Assembly: GCA_963700985.1 (NCBI GenBank)
Contig: OY969554.1
Coordinates: 1,312,001 to 1,376,000 of the forward strand
Length of the DNA: 64,000 bases
Direction: 5' to 3'
DNA from: an uncultured Chlamydiales bacterium
GTDB taxonomy: Bacteria > Chlamydiota > Chlamydiia > Chlamydiales > Rhabdochlamydiaceae
A program made the translations under genes and the position numbers. The notes beneath the pieces are model-generated. The model was given only the letters and a program-made list of their open reading frames with translations. It was not told the origin of the DNA and made no database searches. How positions within the stretch are numbered: the stretch's first letter is position 1; every line of letters begins with the position of its first letter. Below are positions 11,603 to 21,824 of the stretch, piece after piece.

Positions 11603-11971
11603 TTAGATAACTTCTGGAGCAAGTGAGGTAATCTTAACAAAACCACTCTCTCTCACTTCTCTGGCAACTGGGCCGAAAATTCGTGTCCCACGTGGATTAT
11701 CTTTATCGTCGATAATCACACAACTGTTGTCATAAAAGCGTAAAAAGGAGCCATCAGGGCGACGGATATAATTTTTTGTTCTTACAATTACTGCTCGTAC
11801 AACTTCGCCTTTCTTTACGGTGCCTGTTGGATCGGCCTCTTTAACTGCGCAAACAATAATATCGCCTACAGAGGCATATCTTCTACGTGAGCCACCAAGT
11901 ACTTTAAAGCACCGTACTTTCTTGGCTCCGGTATTATCTGCAACCCACAGATTGGTTTCTTGCTGAATCAT
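11603..11971 (-). CDS. rplN: 50S ribosomal protein L14
   Basis: MIQQET...[26 protein letters not shown]. Confidence 0.97.
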   Translation of the reverse strand: MIQQETNLWVADNTGAKKVRCFKVLGGSRRRYASVGDIIVCAVKEADPTGTVKKGEVVRAVIVRTKNYIRRPDGSFLRFYDNSCVIIDDKDNPRGTRIFGPVAREVRESGFVKITSLAPEVI

Positions 11972-11993
11972 GATTCATTCACTCGACTTGTAT

Positions 11994-12269
11994 TTATGAT
12001 ATTACGCTCAGGACACGCCATCTTTTCAGTTTAGAAAGAGGTCTTGTTTCCACTATGCGCACTTTTTGGCCAACTTCAATTTTCTGGTCTTCGACGTGGG
12101 CATAATATTTCTTGCCGCGAGTAATTACTTTGTTAAAAGTGGGGTGTCGAATTGTGCGAACCACTTGAACAGTAACTGTCTTGGCCATTTTATTGGAAAC
12201 GACAACGCCTTCGCGAATTTTCTGTTTAATTGCTTCTGATTTAACTTTTTCAGTCTTAACTTTTGCCAT
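11994..12269 (-). CDS. rpsQ: 30S ribosomal protein S17
   Basis: [25 protein letters not shown]. Confidence 0.96.
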   Translation of the reverse strand: MAKVKTEKVKSEAIKQKIREGVVVSNKMAKTVTVQVVRTIRHPTFNKVITRGKKYYAHVEDQKIEVGQKVRIVETRPLSKLKRWRVLSVIS

Positions 12270-12481
12270 TAGGATCTCCTGCCCTCTGAAGCTCTTTTCT
12301 CATGAAGAATGGTTAAGAGACGCGCACGGTCACGACGTTTTTCACGTACTTGGTGCGGCTTATCCAATTTTCTAGAAATGCTTAGTTCACAGTACATCTG
12401 ATACATCTCGCGAGAGAGGTCGTCGACCTGTGTTTGTAATTCTTTTTCGCTTTTTTCGCGCAATTCTTTTGCTTGCAACAT
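12269..12481 (-). CDS. rpmC: 50S ribosomal protein L29
   Basis: [20 protein letters not shown]; position between rplP and rpsQ. Confidence 0.93.
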   Translation of the reverse strand: MLQAKELREKSEKELQTQVDDLSREMYQMYCELSISRKLDKPHQVREKRRDRARLLTILHEKRASEGRRS

Positions 12482-12489
12482 ATGTCCTC

Positions 12490-12912
12490 TTAAACTCTCT
12501 CTACACGTTCAACAAAACGTGTGCGGATCGCAATTTTCGCAGCTGCTCTTCTCAGAGCATTTTGAGCCATTTCTTTTGGTACACCAGCTACTTCAAATAG
12601 GATGCGCCCTGGGCGAATAACGGCAGCCCAATGGTCAGGAGCACCTTTTCCTTTTCCCATACGTGTTTCAGCTGGTTTTTTAGATACCGACTTATCAGGA
12701 AAAACGCGGATCCAAACTTTACCACGACGGTTGAAGTAACGGTTAATCGCAACACGACACGCTTCGATCTGATGGTTAGTCAGACGGCCACGGTCTAGTG
12801 CTTGCATTCCAAATTCACCGAAATCGACAAAATTCGCAGCTTTACTTAGGCCAGTATGTTGGCCTTTTTGCATCTTTCGAAATTTTGTGCGTTTAGGCAT
12901 TAGTTGTGACAT
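12490..12912 (-). CDS. rplP: 50S ribosomal protein L16
   Basis: [21 protein letters not shown]. Confidence 0.97.
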   Translation of the reverse strand: MSQLMPKRTKFRKMQKGQHTGLSKAANFVDFGEFGMQALDRGRLTNHQIEACRVAINRYFNRRGKVWIRVFPDKSVSKKPAETRMGKGKGAPDHWAAVIRPGRILFEVAGVPKEMAQNALRRAAAKIAIRTRFVERVERV

Positions 12913-12915
12913 AAA

Positions 12916-13563
12916 TTATCCTCCTGCAGCCTTCGCAGCGGTCTCTTCGCCTTTATTAATCCAAACTTTTACGCCGATTGAACCATAAGTAGTTTCGGCT
13001 CTTCCCATAGCGTAGTCGATTTCGGCTCTGAGTGTATGAAGAGGAACACGTCCCTCTTTGTATTGCTCAGTACGTGCAATCTCTGCGCCACCAATTCGTC
13101 CTGAAACTTGAACTTTTACACCAGCTGCACCAGCGTCAATGGCAGCTTGAATAGCTTTTTTCATGATGCGGCGGAAAGGCACGCGTCTTTCTAATTGCTT
13201 AGCAATACCATCAGCTACAAGCTTGGCGTCTAAATCAGGTCTCTTAATTTCTTCAACTTCAATCCAGATCTCTTTTCCTGTGAGGCGTTTCAGCTCTTGC
13301 TTCAGGATGTCGATATCAGCGCCTTTTTTTCCAATTACAAGGCCAGGACGAGCTGTATGAATAGTCACTTCAATTTTTCCGCTCATTCTCTTAATGGTGA
13401 ACTCAGAAGCGCCAGCACAGCACGCTTTGCCAATGAGAATTTTGCGTATCTTGATGTCTTCACCTAAAAGATTTCCGAAATCATGTTTTCCAGCGAACCA
13501 GACAGATTTCCACTTTTTATTGAGAATTAATCTAAAGCCAATCGGCGATGTCTTTTGTCCCAT
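12916..13563 (-). CDS. rpsC: 30S ribosomal protein S3
   Basis: [30 protein letters not shown]. Confidence 0.97.
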   Translation of the reverse strand: MGQKTSPIGFRLILNKKWKSVWFAGKHDFGNLLGEDIKIRKILIGKACCAGASEFTIKRMSGKIEVTIHTARPGLVIGKKGADIDILKQELKRLTGKEIWIEVEEIKRPDLDAKLVADGIAKQLERRVPFRRIMKKAIQAAIDAGAAGVKVQVSGRIGGAEIARTEQYKEGRVPLHTLRAEIDYAMGRAETTYGSIGVKVWINKGEETAAKAAGG

Positions 13564-13907
13564 TATTTTTCCTCTCCAGCTGCAACGACGACAGTAAAAT
13601 GGCTTGTGCGCTTCATTACTGGCACTTGTCCGCCGCGACTCTTAGATTTGCTGCGTTTTAGAACAGGCCCCGCGTCCACTCTTACTTCTTGGACAAACAG
13701 GTCTCCTCTTTGCAAATTGAGCTGTGTTTCGGCATTAGCAACTGCGCTGTCTAATGTCTTTTTCAGTATTTTCCCTGCTTTCATCGGGGAAAGCATGAGC
13801 TGAATTGTCGCATCTTCAACTTTCATTCCTCGAATTACGTCAGCCATAAGCCGCGCTTTTCTTGGAGGGATTCTCACATATCTGGTGTGCGCTCGCGCCA
13901 TCTGCAT
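13563..13907 (-). CDS. rplV: 50S ribosomal protein L22
   Basis: [26 protein letters not shown]. Confidence 0.96.
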   Translation of the reverse strand: MQMARAHTRYVRIPPRKARLMADVIRGMKVEDATIQLMLSPMKAGKILKKTLDSAVANAETQLNLQRGDLFVQEVRVDAGPVLKRSKSKSRGGQVPVMKRTSHFTVVVAAGEEK

Positions 13908-13918
13908 AATCTATTTCC

Positions 13919-14239
13919 TTAAGCTTTTGCGGCCGGTGCGTTAGCAGCTGCTGATTCTCCAGCGCCTGCTTCAGCAATTTTCTTGGATCCGTGGCCTTTA
14001 AAAATACGTGTTGGCGAAAACTCGCCAAGTCGGTGACCGACCATGTTCTCTGTTACGAAAACATTAATAAACTTGCGCCCATTGTGAACTTCAAACGTGT
14101 GCCCGATCATATCGGGAATGATCATCGACCTGCGGGACCAGGTTTTAATCGGTTTTTTTACTCCAGCACTGTTCTGCTTGATGACCTTTTCTAGAAGATG
14201 GTGGTCAACAAAAGGACCTTTTCTTAACGATCTACCCAT
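13919..14239 (-). CDS. rpsS: 30S ribosomal protein S19
   Basis: [28 protein letters not shown]; Ala-rich tail. Confidence 0.97.
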   Translation of the reverse strand: MGRSLRKGPFVDHHLLEKVIKQNSAGVKKPIKTWSRRSMIIPDMIGHTFEVHNGRKFINVFVTENMVGHRLGEFSPTRIFKGHGSKKIAEAGAGESAAANAPAAKA

Positions 14240-14247
14240 ACTGTCCT

Positions 14248-15084
14248 CTATTTCCTTCGATCTTTAACGATCCACTTGTTCGACTTACGCTTAGAACGTG
14301 TACGAAAACCTTTTGTGTACATCGCCCATGGAGTTTGCGGGAGGTAACCATTGTGCTTACCTTCACCACCACCGTGAGGGTGATCTACTGGGTTCATCGC
14401 AGTACCGCGTACTGTTGGGCGAATACCCATCCAGCGTTTACGGCCAGCTTTACCTTCAGAACGAAGATTTCTCTCAGCATTTGAAATGGATCCAAATGTT
14501 GCTCGGCAATCTTCATTAATCAGGCGAATTTCTCCTGAAGGCATCTTCAGAGTAACATAGCCACCACTACGAGCCATCAGCTGAGCTGACAAACCGGCAG
14601 AACGTACTAGTTTACCGCCACGACCAGGATATAACTCAATATTGTGAATTACAGAACCGAGGGGCATTGCTTTCATACGCATGCAGCATCCTACTTCGAA
14701 AGGCGCTTCATCGCTAGTAGAGACTTTGTCTCCCTGCTTTAAACCTTGCGGTGCAATGATGTAACGTTTTTCGCCATCTGCATAATGTAGAAGCGCAATG
14801 TGTGCGCTGCGGTTCGGATCGTATTCAATTGAAGCCACTTTAGCGTGGATGTTCTCTTTATCTCTTGTAAAATCGATGAGACGAATAAACTTTTTATGTG
14901 CAGCACTACCTTTGTGTCGGCAAGTGATGTGACCATGGTGGTTACGACCAGATGTGCGCGTTGTGCGCTTCATCAGAGATTTCTCTGGCTTCACCGTGGC
15001 TCTTCCCACACGCGTTAGCTCATGGTTGCTTGTTAGCACCAGGTGTCGCTGCGAGGGTGTAGTTGGACGAAACTTCTTTGTCAT
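14248..15084 (-). CDS. rplB: 50S ribosomal protein L2
   Basis: [29 protein letters not shown]. Confidence 0.98.
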   Translation of the reverse strand: MTKKFRPTTPSQRHLVLTSNHELTRVGRATVKPEKSLMKRTTRTSGRNHHGHITCRHKGSAAHKKFIRLIDFTRDKENIHAKVASIEYDPNRSAHIALLHYADGEKRYIIAPQGLKQGDKVSTSDEAPFEVGCCMRMKAMPLGSVIHNIELYPGRGGKLVRSAGLSAQLMARSGGYVTLKMPSGEIRLINEDCRATFGSISNAERNLRSEGKAGRKRWMGIRPTVRGTAMNPVDHPHGGGEGKHNGYLPQTPWAMYTKGFRTRSKRKSNKWIVKDRRK

Positions 15085-15105
15085 AGAACTTCTTCTCTTG
15101 TCCGT

Positions 15106-15444
15106 TTAAACTTTTTCTTCCAGTGAGTTACCCGGCTGAAGGGTCACAACTGCTTTTTTGTAACCAGCTTTAAAGCCAATGCGTCCACGAATGCGGCGCG
15201 GCTTTTGCTTCATAGTAACCGTGTTAACCTTAGCAACCCGGATCTTCTTCTCTGCATAGATTTCTTCGACAGCGTCAGCAATTTCTTGCTTATTGGCTTT
15301 TTTGTCGACGAGAAAAACATACTTCGGCGCGTCGCACTTTGCAACACTAGCATTGCTCTTGTTGAACTGGAGCTGCTCGAGTACTTTTGCTTTTTCAGTC
15401 ACATAACGCGACTTAACGATATCGAAAGGACTTCTCTTAGACAT
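15106..15444 (-). CDS. rplW: 50S ribosomal protein L23
   Basis: VTEKA, YVFLVD..ANK.EI..AVE, YKKAVVTL. Confidence 0.95.
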   Translation of the reverse strand: MSKRSPFDIVKSRYVTEKAKVLEQLQFNKSNASVAKCDAPKYVFLVDKKANKQEIADAVEEIYAEKKIRVAKVNTVTMKQKPRRIRGRIGFKAGYKKAVVTLQPGNSLEEKV

Positions 15445-16126
15445 CGCTGCCTCCCAAAATAACCATCAGTTCATCCATTGCAGGCTCTAAGATGACGAGC
15501 TCGTGATTCACGGCAATGTCATACCCGCTGATATTTGGAAAAAGCATCATATTCACTTTAGGAATATTGCGCAGACTTTTCATGAGTGTTCCATATTTCT
15601 CGGAAGGAACAACTGTCTTTCCATCTTGTGGAGCTGCATCAAAATATCCTTCAGTGAGGAATAAAACGCGCTTTCCTTCTAGCTTGCATGCTTCTAAAAA
15701 GCGTGTGACTGCTTTTGTCTTTGGCTCATTGAGCGTCTCGAATTGCAAGACGTGCAACTTGTTGCCTTGAATTTTTTCTGCAATCAGATGACGAACTGCT
15801 GCTCTGCGTTCTTTTTGATTGATACGTACGTGCTGATCAAATTTTGCTCTTGGAGCATGCACGCGTCCGCCGCCTTTGTATTGAGGAGCTCCAAGATAAC
15901 CTTGGCGCGCTTTACCAGTGCCTTTTTGAGGGTGAGGCTTTTTTCCGCTATGATTGACTTCAGATCTTGTCTTCGTGTGCGCAGACCATTGTCTGGCATT
16001 ATTGCGAATGGCCACGAGGTAATCTTTAATCATCTGCGAATTAGCAGAAATCTCGAGCAGAGAGTCTTGAATCTCCACTTTTCCGATCTCGGCTCCGGCC
16101 AAATTATATTTTTTTAGAATCGCCAC
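15437..16126 (-). CDS. rplD: 50S ribosomal protein L4
   Basis: TKTRSEV..SGKKP..QKGTGKARQG; GTG start at 16126 with AAGGAG upstream. Confidence 0.96.
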   Translation of the reverse strand: MAILKKYNLAGAEIGKVEIQDSLLEISANSQMIKDYLVAIRNNARQWSAHTKTRSEVNHSGKKPHPQKGTGKARQGYLGAPQYKGGGRVHAPRAKFDQHVRINQKERRAAVRHLIAEKIQGNKLHVLQFETLNEPKTKAVTRFLEACKLEGKRVLFLTEGYFDAAPQDGKTVVPSEKYGTLMKSLRNIPKVNMMLFPNISGYDIAVNHELVILEPAMDELMVILGGSDV

Positions 16127-16148
16127 TGTCTTACTCCTTGCACAGTCT

Positions 16149-16787
16149 CTACTTCGTAATCTTTTTAGCTTTCCAGATGTAAACCAAGCCGCCGCGTGAA
16201 CCAGGAATCGCACCTTTTATGAGGAGCACCTGTTTCTCAGCATCGACTCTGACAACTTCTAGATTTTGTATGGTGACGGTCTCGTCGCCCATATGTCCTG
16301 ATTTTTTCTGCCCAGGAAGACAACGTCCAGGAGAAGTACGCATACCGGTAGAACCGCCATGACGATGAAATCCAGATCCGTGAGAAGCAGGACCGCCAGC
16401 AAAATGGTGTCGTTTAATTACACCCTGGTGACCCTTTCCTTTCGAAACACCGCGCACATCGACGAAACGCACTTCAGCGAAGTGTGTAACATCGATTTCT
16501 TGTCCTACAGCATACTGATCTACATTTTCAACGCGCGTCTCAGTTAGATGTCTGCGTGGCTCTGTACCTGCTTTCGCAAAGTGACCCTGCTGAGGTTTCG
16601 ACACGTTCTGTTTTTTCGGCTGCTTGATTGCGGCGAGCTGAACAGCTGTATAGCCGTCAGTCTCTTTACGCTTAACCTGTGTAATTACATTGGGTTCAGC
16701 AGAAATTACGCTGCACACGACCAGATTACCTTCTTTATCGAAGATTCTCGTCATCCCAATTTTCTTTCCCATCAATTTCAATGTCAT
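16149..16787 (-). CDS. rplC: 50S ribosomal protein L3
   Basis: GKKIGMTRIF, DGYTAVQL, SKGKGHQGVIKRH, KGAIPG. Confidence 0.97.
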   Translation of the reverse strand: MTLKLMGKKIGMTRIFDKEGNLVVCSVISAEPNVITQVKRKETDGYTAVQLAAIKQPKKQNVSKPQQGHFAKAGTEPRRHLTETRVENVDQYAVGQEIDVTHFAEVRFVDVRGVSKGKGHQGVIKRHHFAGGPASHGSGFHRHGGSTGMRTSPGRCLPGQKKSGHMGDETVTIQNLEVVRVDAEKQVLLIKGAIPGSRGGLVYIWKAKKITK

Positions 16788-17025
16788 AAAAATTCCCGAG
16801 GCTATTCAGCGCCTTATTCAGAAAAAATTTCAGCTACTAGTCCCTGCAATCTCTTCACTGCTCTCTTCGAGCGCTTTGCAGGCTTAAGGAGCTTGCCAGC
16901 ATAATTTGAAGACAGTCTTCTGGACTGAAGCGAAGAGGCTAGCAAAATTCTTGATTTTCACACAATCAAAAATTCTGCTGAGTTTTACTTCAGGGCTGAT
17001 TTCACTGCTAATATTAGAGGAGAGA

Positions 17026-17442
17026 TTACGGAGATGGAGCCATTTCACTCAAGATTTTTCTGCTTTTGGCTTTTTTTATATTAGCTTCCTTGTGAGGAAT
17101 CACAAGAGTCTGGGAGGTCAAAAGGACTTTTCGAAAGGGAATTTCTTTACGATTCGCCTCTTTTAGCAAGCTGGTCGCCTTTAAAACCTCACGCACAGTC
17201 ACTCCAGGAGCAAAGGTATAGCTCCCTGGATGGCTGACAGCTCCTTCGAGCACAATCTCTATGGTAGGCTGCTTTGCGCGCTCTACCCGGTAGCCAGCAA
17301 CCTCATTTTCCAGGTTGAGCTGCGGAAGCCAAGAGACGATTGCCAAAAGAATAACTAGCCCTCCTACAAGAGCGATAGCGATCCATTCGCGAAATAAAAT
17401 TTGAGAATCAAGTTGCGAGCGCGGGTTCTGGCTGGGGGACAT
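17026..17442 (-). CDS. Membrane-anchored SLBB-domain protein (ComEA N-terminal-like, no HhH)
   Basis: One N-terminal TM helix then IEIVLEGAVSHPGSYTFAPGVTVREVLKA (SLBB pattern). Confidence 0.65.
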   Translation of the reverse strand: MSPSQNPRSQLDSQILFREWIAIALVGGLVILLAIVSWLPQLNLENEVAGYRVERAKQPTIEIVLEGAVSHPGSYTFAPGVTVREVLKATSLLKEANRKEIPFRKVLLTSQTLVIPHKEANIKKAKSRKILSEMAPSP

Positions 17443-18094
17443 GTACTACCCTCTCTTGACGAGCGAGGTGTATACGATAGCCGATATTTCCCAAAAAGAA
17501 AAGAAAACTAGACAGAAAGAGGAGCGAGGTAATTCCAGGAATCAGAGGCATGCCCGCCATGTAAGAGGCGATTCCAAGCACCGACCAGGCAAGCGCACAA
17601 ACTCGACTGCCGAGGCTGAGCATGATTAAAGCCATCTGTTGCATATCACTTGTAGCACAAAGATCCTGCAAACACTCAACGACCCCGAATAAAGCGATAA
17701 TAGAGGTGGAGCCATAACCCAAAGCTTTGGCTAGCTCTGCGCCTGGTCCAATTGAGATTAAACCGACAAAATCGGCCCAATGTAGAGAATTAGCAACCGT
17801 CCCTCCAAAAACCGTCAAATCTATGACACTTCTTCTCTCCAAACTTTCTTGAGCCGGAGCCTCAGCGTACGCCCAACAGCTAGAAATAAGTTTAAAAAAC
17901 GAATCTAAGATCAAAAAAACCCAGGCGCCACCAAATATGCATACCAATGGATCTTCCCATGGCGATAATAAAGCCGCGCGGCCTTGCAAAGGGGAAGTTA
18001 AACTTGGCCGAAAGGGAGCTATGGGAGACATAGCATCCGAAACGGAGGCTGTATACACAGATTGAGGTAGATAATACGCTGGTATAGCTGTCAT
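17408..18094 (-). CDS. Hydrophobic membrane protein, candidate inclusion-membrane/Cap1-locus paralog
   Basis: Ser/Pro-rich N-terminus, several hydrophobic segments with a bilobed C-terminal pair; overlaps both neighbours. Confidence 0.55.
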   Translation of the reverse strand: MTAIPAYYLPQSVYTASVSDAMSPIAPFRPSLTSPLQGRAALLSPWEDPLVCIFGGAWVFLILDSFFKLISSCWAYAEAPAQESLERRSVIDLTVFGGTVANSLHWADFVGLISIGPGAELAKALGYGSTSIIALFGVVECLQDLCATSDMQQMALIMLSLGSRVCALAWSVLGIASYMAGMPLIPGITSLLFLSSFLFFLGNIGYRIHLARQERVVHVPQPEPALAT

Positions 18095-18951
18095 GCGAAT
18101 CCTAAAGCACGTCTCTGAGCTCTCAATGGAGACTCTTCAAGCAATCTTTCGTAAAAATAGCCATAAATTTTTGTGATAAGAAAAATAGTTGCAAGCGTGA
18201 GCAAAATAGGAGGCAAAATGACTATTGATTCGACAACTATTTCAAAAATTAATGTGGTAAGCACAATGATCGAGAGAAGAAGTGATGCGACGTCTTTTAC
18301 CAGCTTAACCAGACACAACCACGCTTGGGCATCGAGATCTGCAATCTCTTCAACCTGCGTAGCCTGCGCCCTTTTGAGCTGAATCTCATGAATCGCAGTT
18401 GACTGATCGTAAAGATCAAACCCATCCATGATCAGCGCCGAAACATTGTTTATACCACTGATCCATCTGGGAGCGTCTGAGCCTAAGTCCACCCATTTTT
18501 TAGCTTGAAAAAGCGAAAGGGCTTTTGTAGACGAGTAGGTCACAAAAGAGCCTTGCAGCAAAACTTTTTTAGCAAGTTCCGGTATCTCTTGAGTTTTTGG
18601 ATTATCGGATGGCAGCTGCATAAGCGTGATCAGCTCGCCAGTTTTGGCACACAACTCCACTCCTCCTCCAATTGCATCGGCTAACCCCAGAAACTGCCAG
18701 GCTTCTCCTGCAGAACTCTGAATGTTCGCTAATGCACGCTGATGATGATCAGAAAGAGGTAGGTTCTGAATATGTTGCGCGGCTGTCTGGACGACGTCCA
18801 AGAGGTCCGTAGCCCCTTCAGCTGAAGAAAGGTAGCGACTCAAATGCCCACTCAATCCAAGAGATACCGGGGGATCTTTCTGATCTTCCCCGGTATCCAC
18901 TTGACCGAGCGTAGCACCTACGGCACCTGTTGCGCCTACTGAGGCTGGCAT
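18091..18951 (-). CDS. Hydrophobic membrane protein, candidate inclusion-membrane/Cap1-locus paralog
   Basis: 286 aa with a long C-terminal bilobed hydrophobic region; GGAG SD; fmt-rplC interval occupied by Cap1 (CT529) in Chlamydia. Confidence 0.55.
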   Translation of the reverse strand: MPASVGATGAVGATLGQVDTGEDQKDPPVSLGLSGHLSRYLSSAEGATDLLDVVQTAAQHIQNLPLSDHHQRALANIQSSAGEAWQFLGLADAIGGGVELCAKTGELITLMQLPSDNPKTQEIPELAKKVLLQGSFVTYSSTKALSLFQAKKWVDLGSDAPRWISGINNVSALIMDGFDLYDQSTAIHEIQLKRAQATQVEEIADLDAQAWLCLVKLVKDVASLLLSIIVLTTLIFEIVVESIVILPPILLTLATIFLITKIYGYFYERLLEESPLRAQRRALGFA

Positions 18952-18969
18952 GATCTCTCCAAAAGTGCT

Positions 18970-19863
18970 TTATGCTAAACGCAAGCTAAGCGGGCGGGCG
19001 CCAAGAACAATGGCAGCTGCATGACCTCCTGGAATAGCAGCCAATGGATTGTAGGCTCTATTTGCAAACTCTTGGAAGAGTGTGAAGAAGAGAGCGCTTG
19101 TCGAAGCGACGAGAATCCAAAGACCTGCCTGAGGGACAGCAGTAAAGAAAGCCCCGATTAAAATCAGAGTAGCCATAGCGATATAAGAAACAGCTTTTGC
19201 GAGTTCGAGCATTTTAAGCCCAAGAATCATCCAAGCGTCACTGACTCTTTCTTGATGATTAAGAGCAGTTTCAGCAGGAGTTATTACGACTCCAGTAATT
19301 GCGTCCACAACAGCAGGATTTGGCCCAGATGTGCCGATGTAAATTGCTTTGCCAATGTTATATATATCTCGAATGGCCAGATCGATCATTGAGGTAAAAA
19401 GAGCGCCAGCATTGAGCTGTGCCAAGAATCCCATTGTCTCAGAAGATATATGCGTGATCTTTTGTGCATTCAAGAATTCAGCAGCATCAACTACAGGGTT
19501 GATCACGCCAACTGAATCGAACGCTGCATCGTGAATAGAGTTCCAGTTGAAATTGGTAACTAATCCACCGACGGAAGAGAGTGCTTTGTTAACTTTTCCA
19601 GGCACTTCTGTCATTCCAATGAAGTTTTTTACGTCTCTGAAAGCATCACCAGCTACACGCACTGTATGCGCATGTGGCATCTCAGGATCGATCATTAGCG
19701 CCCATTTGGCGACATGATTACCCACTTTGGCAAAGGTATTTTTAACGTCGAATGCTGTTTTAGGATTCAGCAATGAATCTCCAATCTGAGAAAAAGGAAA
19801 TGATCCGCATTCTTGCTGTGCGATTGTACGAGCTAAACTGATATTTGGAATTGATGTAGCCAT
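18970..19863 (-). CDS. Hydrophobic membrane protein, close paralog of 20070-20783
   Basis: Shares NISLARTIAQQECG.FPF, KNFIGMTE.P and STSALFFTL with the neighbouring ORF; likely start ATG 19863. Confidence 0.6.
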   Translation of the reverse strand: MATSIPNISLARTIAQQECGSFPFSQIGDSLLNPKTAFDVKNTFAKVGNHVAKWALMIDPEMPHAHTVRVAGDAFRDVKNFIGMTEVPGKVNKALSSVGGLVTNFNWNSIHDAAFDSVGVINPVVDAAEFLNAQKITHISSETMGFLAQLNAGALFTSMIDLAIRDIYNIGKAIYIGTSGPNPAVVDAITGVVITPAETALNHQERVSDAWMILGLKMLELAKAVSYIAMATLILIGAFFTAVPQAGLWILVASTSALFFTLFQEFANRAYNPLAAIPGGHAAAIVLGARPLSLRLA

Positions 19864-20069
19864 ATGCCCCCGGTTTGTTTTTGTTAAGTTTGTGCAAAGA
19901 GCATACAAGAAGAGTGCAATTAGGTAAAGCGAGTTACATTTTTACTACACGCCAAAAAAAATTTTGTTTTTACAAAAAAAACAAAATTAAATTCTTTCAA
20001 ATAAAAATATATTAAGAAGGATTTATTTAAGAAAAAGCGACCGCCTAAATAAATTTAAACTAGATTGTT

Positions 20070-20783
20070 TTAAGCTCTTTTTGCAAATTCGCTCAGCAAC
20101 GTAAAGAAAAGAGCGCTAGTCGAAGTTGCCAGCACCCATGTACTCGTATGAGGAACTGCCACAAAGAATGCTGCGATTATTATGAAAGTTGCCATAGCGA
20201 TGTAAGAAATGGCTTTAGCCAAATCCAGCATGTGAATTGTAAGATTCCACATGTTGCCAGCAGCGATATTCTGACCAATTTCTATCAAATCTTTGACAAT
20301 GAGATCTACCATCGAAACGAAAAGAGCAAGCGCATTGAGGTTCGAAAGGGCTGTCATTGTCTCGGGTGCGAGCCGAATTACGCCGGTATCATTTAAGAAC
20401 TCAGTTGCATCGACGGTTGGAGAAATTATCCCAATGGTCGAGATCGCCGCTTTATGCACATTGGCAGCCGACGGGGCCACAAAAGAGCTGTAAATGCCAC
20501 TAACTGTTTTATTGATTTGACCCGGGATTTCGGTCATGCCAATAAAATTTTTCACATTATTAAACGCATCGCCTGCCAAGCGCACTTGATTCGCATTTTG
20601 CATCTCTGGGTTTAAGTGCAAAGCCCACTTACAAACAGTCTTTCCGGTTTTAGCAAAGGTATTTTTGATGTCAAAAGCTGTTCTTGGATTCAGCAGTGAA
20701 TCACCCAATTGAGCAAAAGGAAAAGCTCCGCACTCTTGTTGAGCAATTGTGCGAGCTAAACTAATATTTGATATTGCTACCAT
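20070..20783 (-). CDS. Hydrophobic membrane protein, close paralog of 18970-19863
   Basis: Tandem duplicate with C-terminal bilobed hydrophobic region; GGAG SD. Confidence 0.6.
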   Translation of the reverse strand: MVAISNISLARTIAQQECGAFPFAQLGDSLLNPRTAFDIKNTFAKTGKTVCKWALHLNPEMQNANQVRLAGDAFNNVKNFIGMTEIPGQINKTVSGIYSSFVAPSAANVHKAAISTIGIISPTVDATEFLNDTGVIRLAPETMTALSNLNALALFVSMVDLIVKDLIEIGQNIAAGNMWNLTIHMLDLAKAISYIAMATFIIIAAFFVAVPHTSTWVLATSTSALFFTLLSEFAKRA

Positions 20784-20855
20784 TTTACTCCGCTCTTATT
20801 TTGTTTAATTAGATCGCGATCATACAATAAAACAGAAATAAATAAAAGACTGTAG

Positions 20856-21800
20856 TTATATTTTAAATATAAGAGATTCTTGAAGACCGCGCAAAAACAC
20901 ATCTGCGGGTAGACTTTTTTTGCCTTCGAGCTGCACTTCCAGCAAGCGCAGCGCTTGCTCTCCGCATGCGACAATTAGCCCTTCTTTTTTATCAGACAGC
21001 AAAAGCTCGCCGGGCTCCCCCGCGCGATCTGTTACGACTCGACTGCGTTTAATTTTTAAACGTTTTTTTTGACCTGCTACTAAAACCGCGCACCAAGCTC
21101 CCGGCGCGGGCGAAAGGGCGCGGATCTGGTTGTGAATCTGCTTGGCAGGTTTTTCCCAATGAATCTCTTCTTCTTGGGCTGTGATTTTTGGAGCAAAAGT
21201 TACTTGCGCTGGATCTTGAGGTGTCTTTTTTACTTGGCCGCACTCAAATGCACCAATAACTTTCAACACTGCCGGGCATGCAAGCTCACAGAGTTTTTTT
21301 GAAAGCTCGCCACAGGTCATCTCTTCAGGAATAGGCAGTTTGACCATTTCAATACTATCGCCTGCATCCATGGCGAGCACCATCTCCATAATGGTAACGC
21401 CCGTTTCTGTGCACCCATCCATCAGACAGCGCTGCATGGGGGCAGCCCCACGGTATTTGGGAAGAAGACTAGTGTGGATATTGATGGCGCCAAATTTGGG
21501 CAGATCGAGGATATTCTGCTTAAGAATCTCTCCATATGCCACGACTACAAAAAGATCCGCGGCAAAGGATTTTAATATTTCTGCAAATCCTGGAGTGGAA
21601 GCTTTCTCAGGCTGTAAAAGCTCAACGGTGGAATTAAGTTTTTCAAATGCGGCTTTAACTGGCGGCGGTTCTATGCGCTGCGATCTGCCAAAAGGACGAT
21701 CAGGCCGTGTTACCACGGCCACGATATCGACTTGTTGCTGGAATAGGTATTCTAGAATATTGGCTGCAAAAGAGCTGGTTCCAAAGAAAACAATCCGCAT
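20856..21800 (-). CDS. fmt: Methionyl-tRNA formyltransferase
   Basis: MRIVFFGT, VVTRPDRP.GR, INIHTSLLPKYRGAAP. Confidence 0.97.
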   Translation of the reverse strand: MRIVFFGTSSFAANILEYLFQQQVDIVAVVTRPDRPFGRSQRIEPPPVKAAFEKLNSTVELLQPEKASTPGFAEILKSFAADLFVVVAYGEILKQNILDLPKFGAINIHTSLLPKYRGAAPMQRCLMDGCTETGVTIMEMVLAMDAGDSIEMVKLPIPEEMTCGELSKKLCELACPAVLKVIGAFECGQVKKTPQDPAQVTFAPKITAQEEEIHWEKPAKQIHNQIRALSPAPGAWCAVLVAGQKKRLKIKRSRVVTDRAGEPGELLLSDKKEGLIVACGEQALRLLEVQLEGKKSLPADVFLRGLQESLIFKI

Positions 21801-21824
21801 GGAACTCCCTCTTCGCTTACCGAA

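Noticed and set aside
4414-16787. rpsJ, rpsN, rpmD, rpmJ, adk, map, infA and rpsD missing from the ribosomal superoperon
   Set aside because: Matches the usual chlamydial arrangement, so not a novel loss
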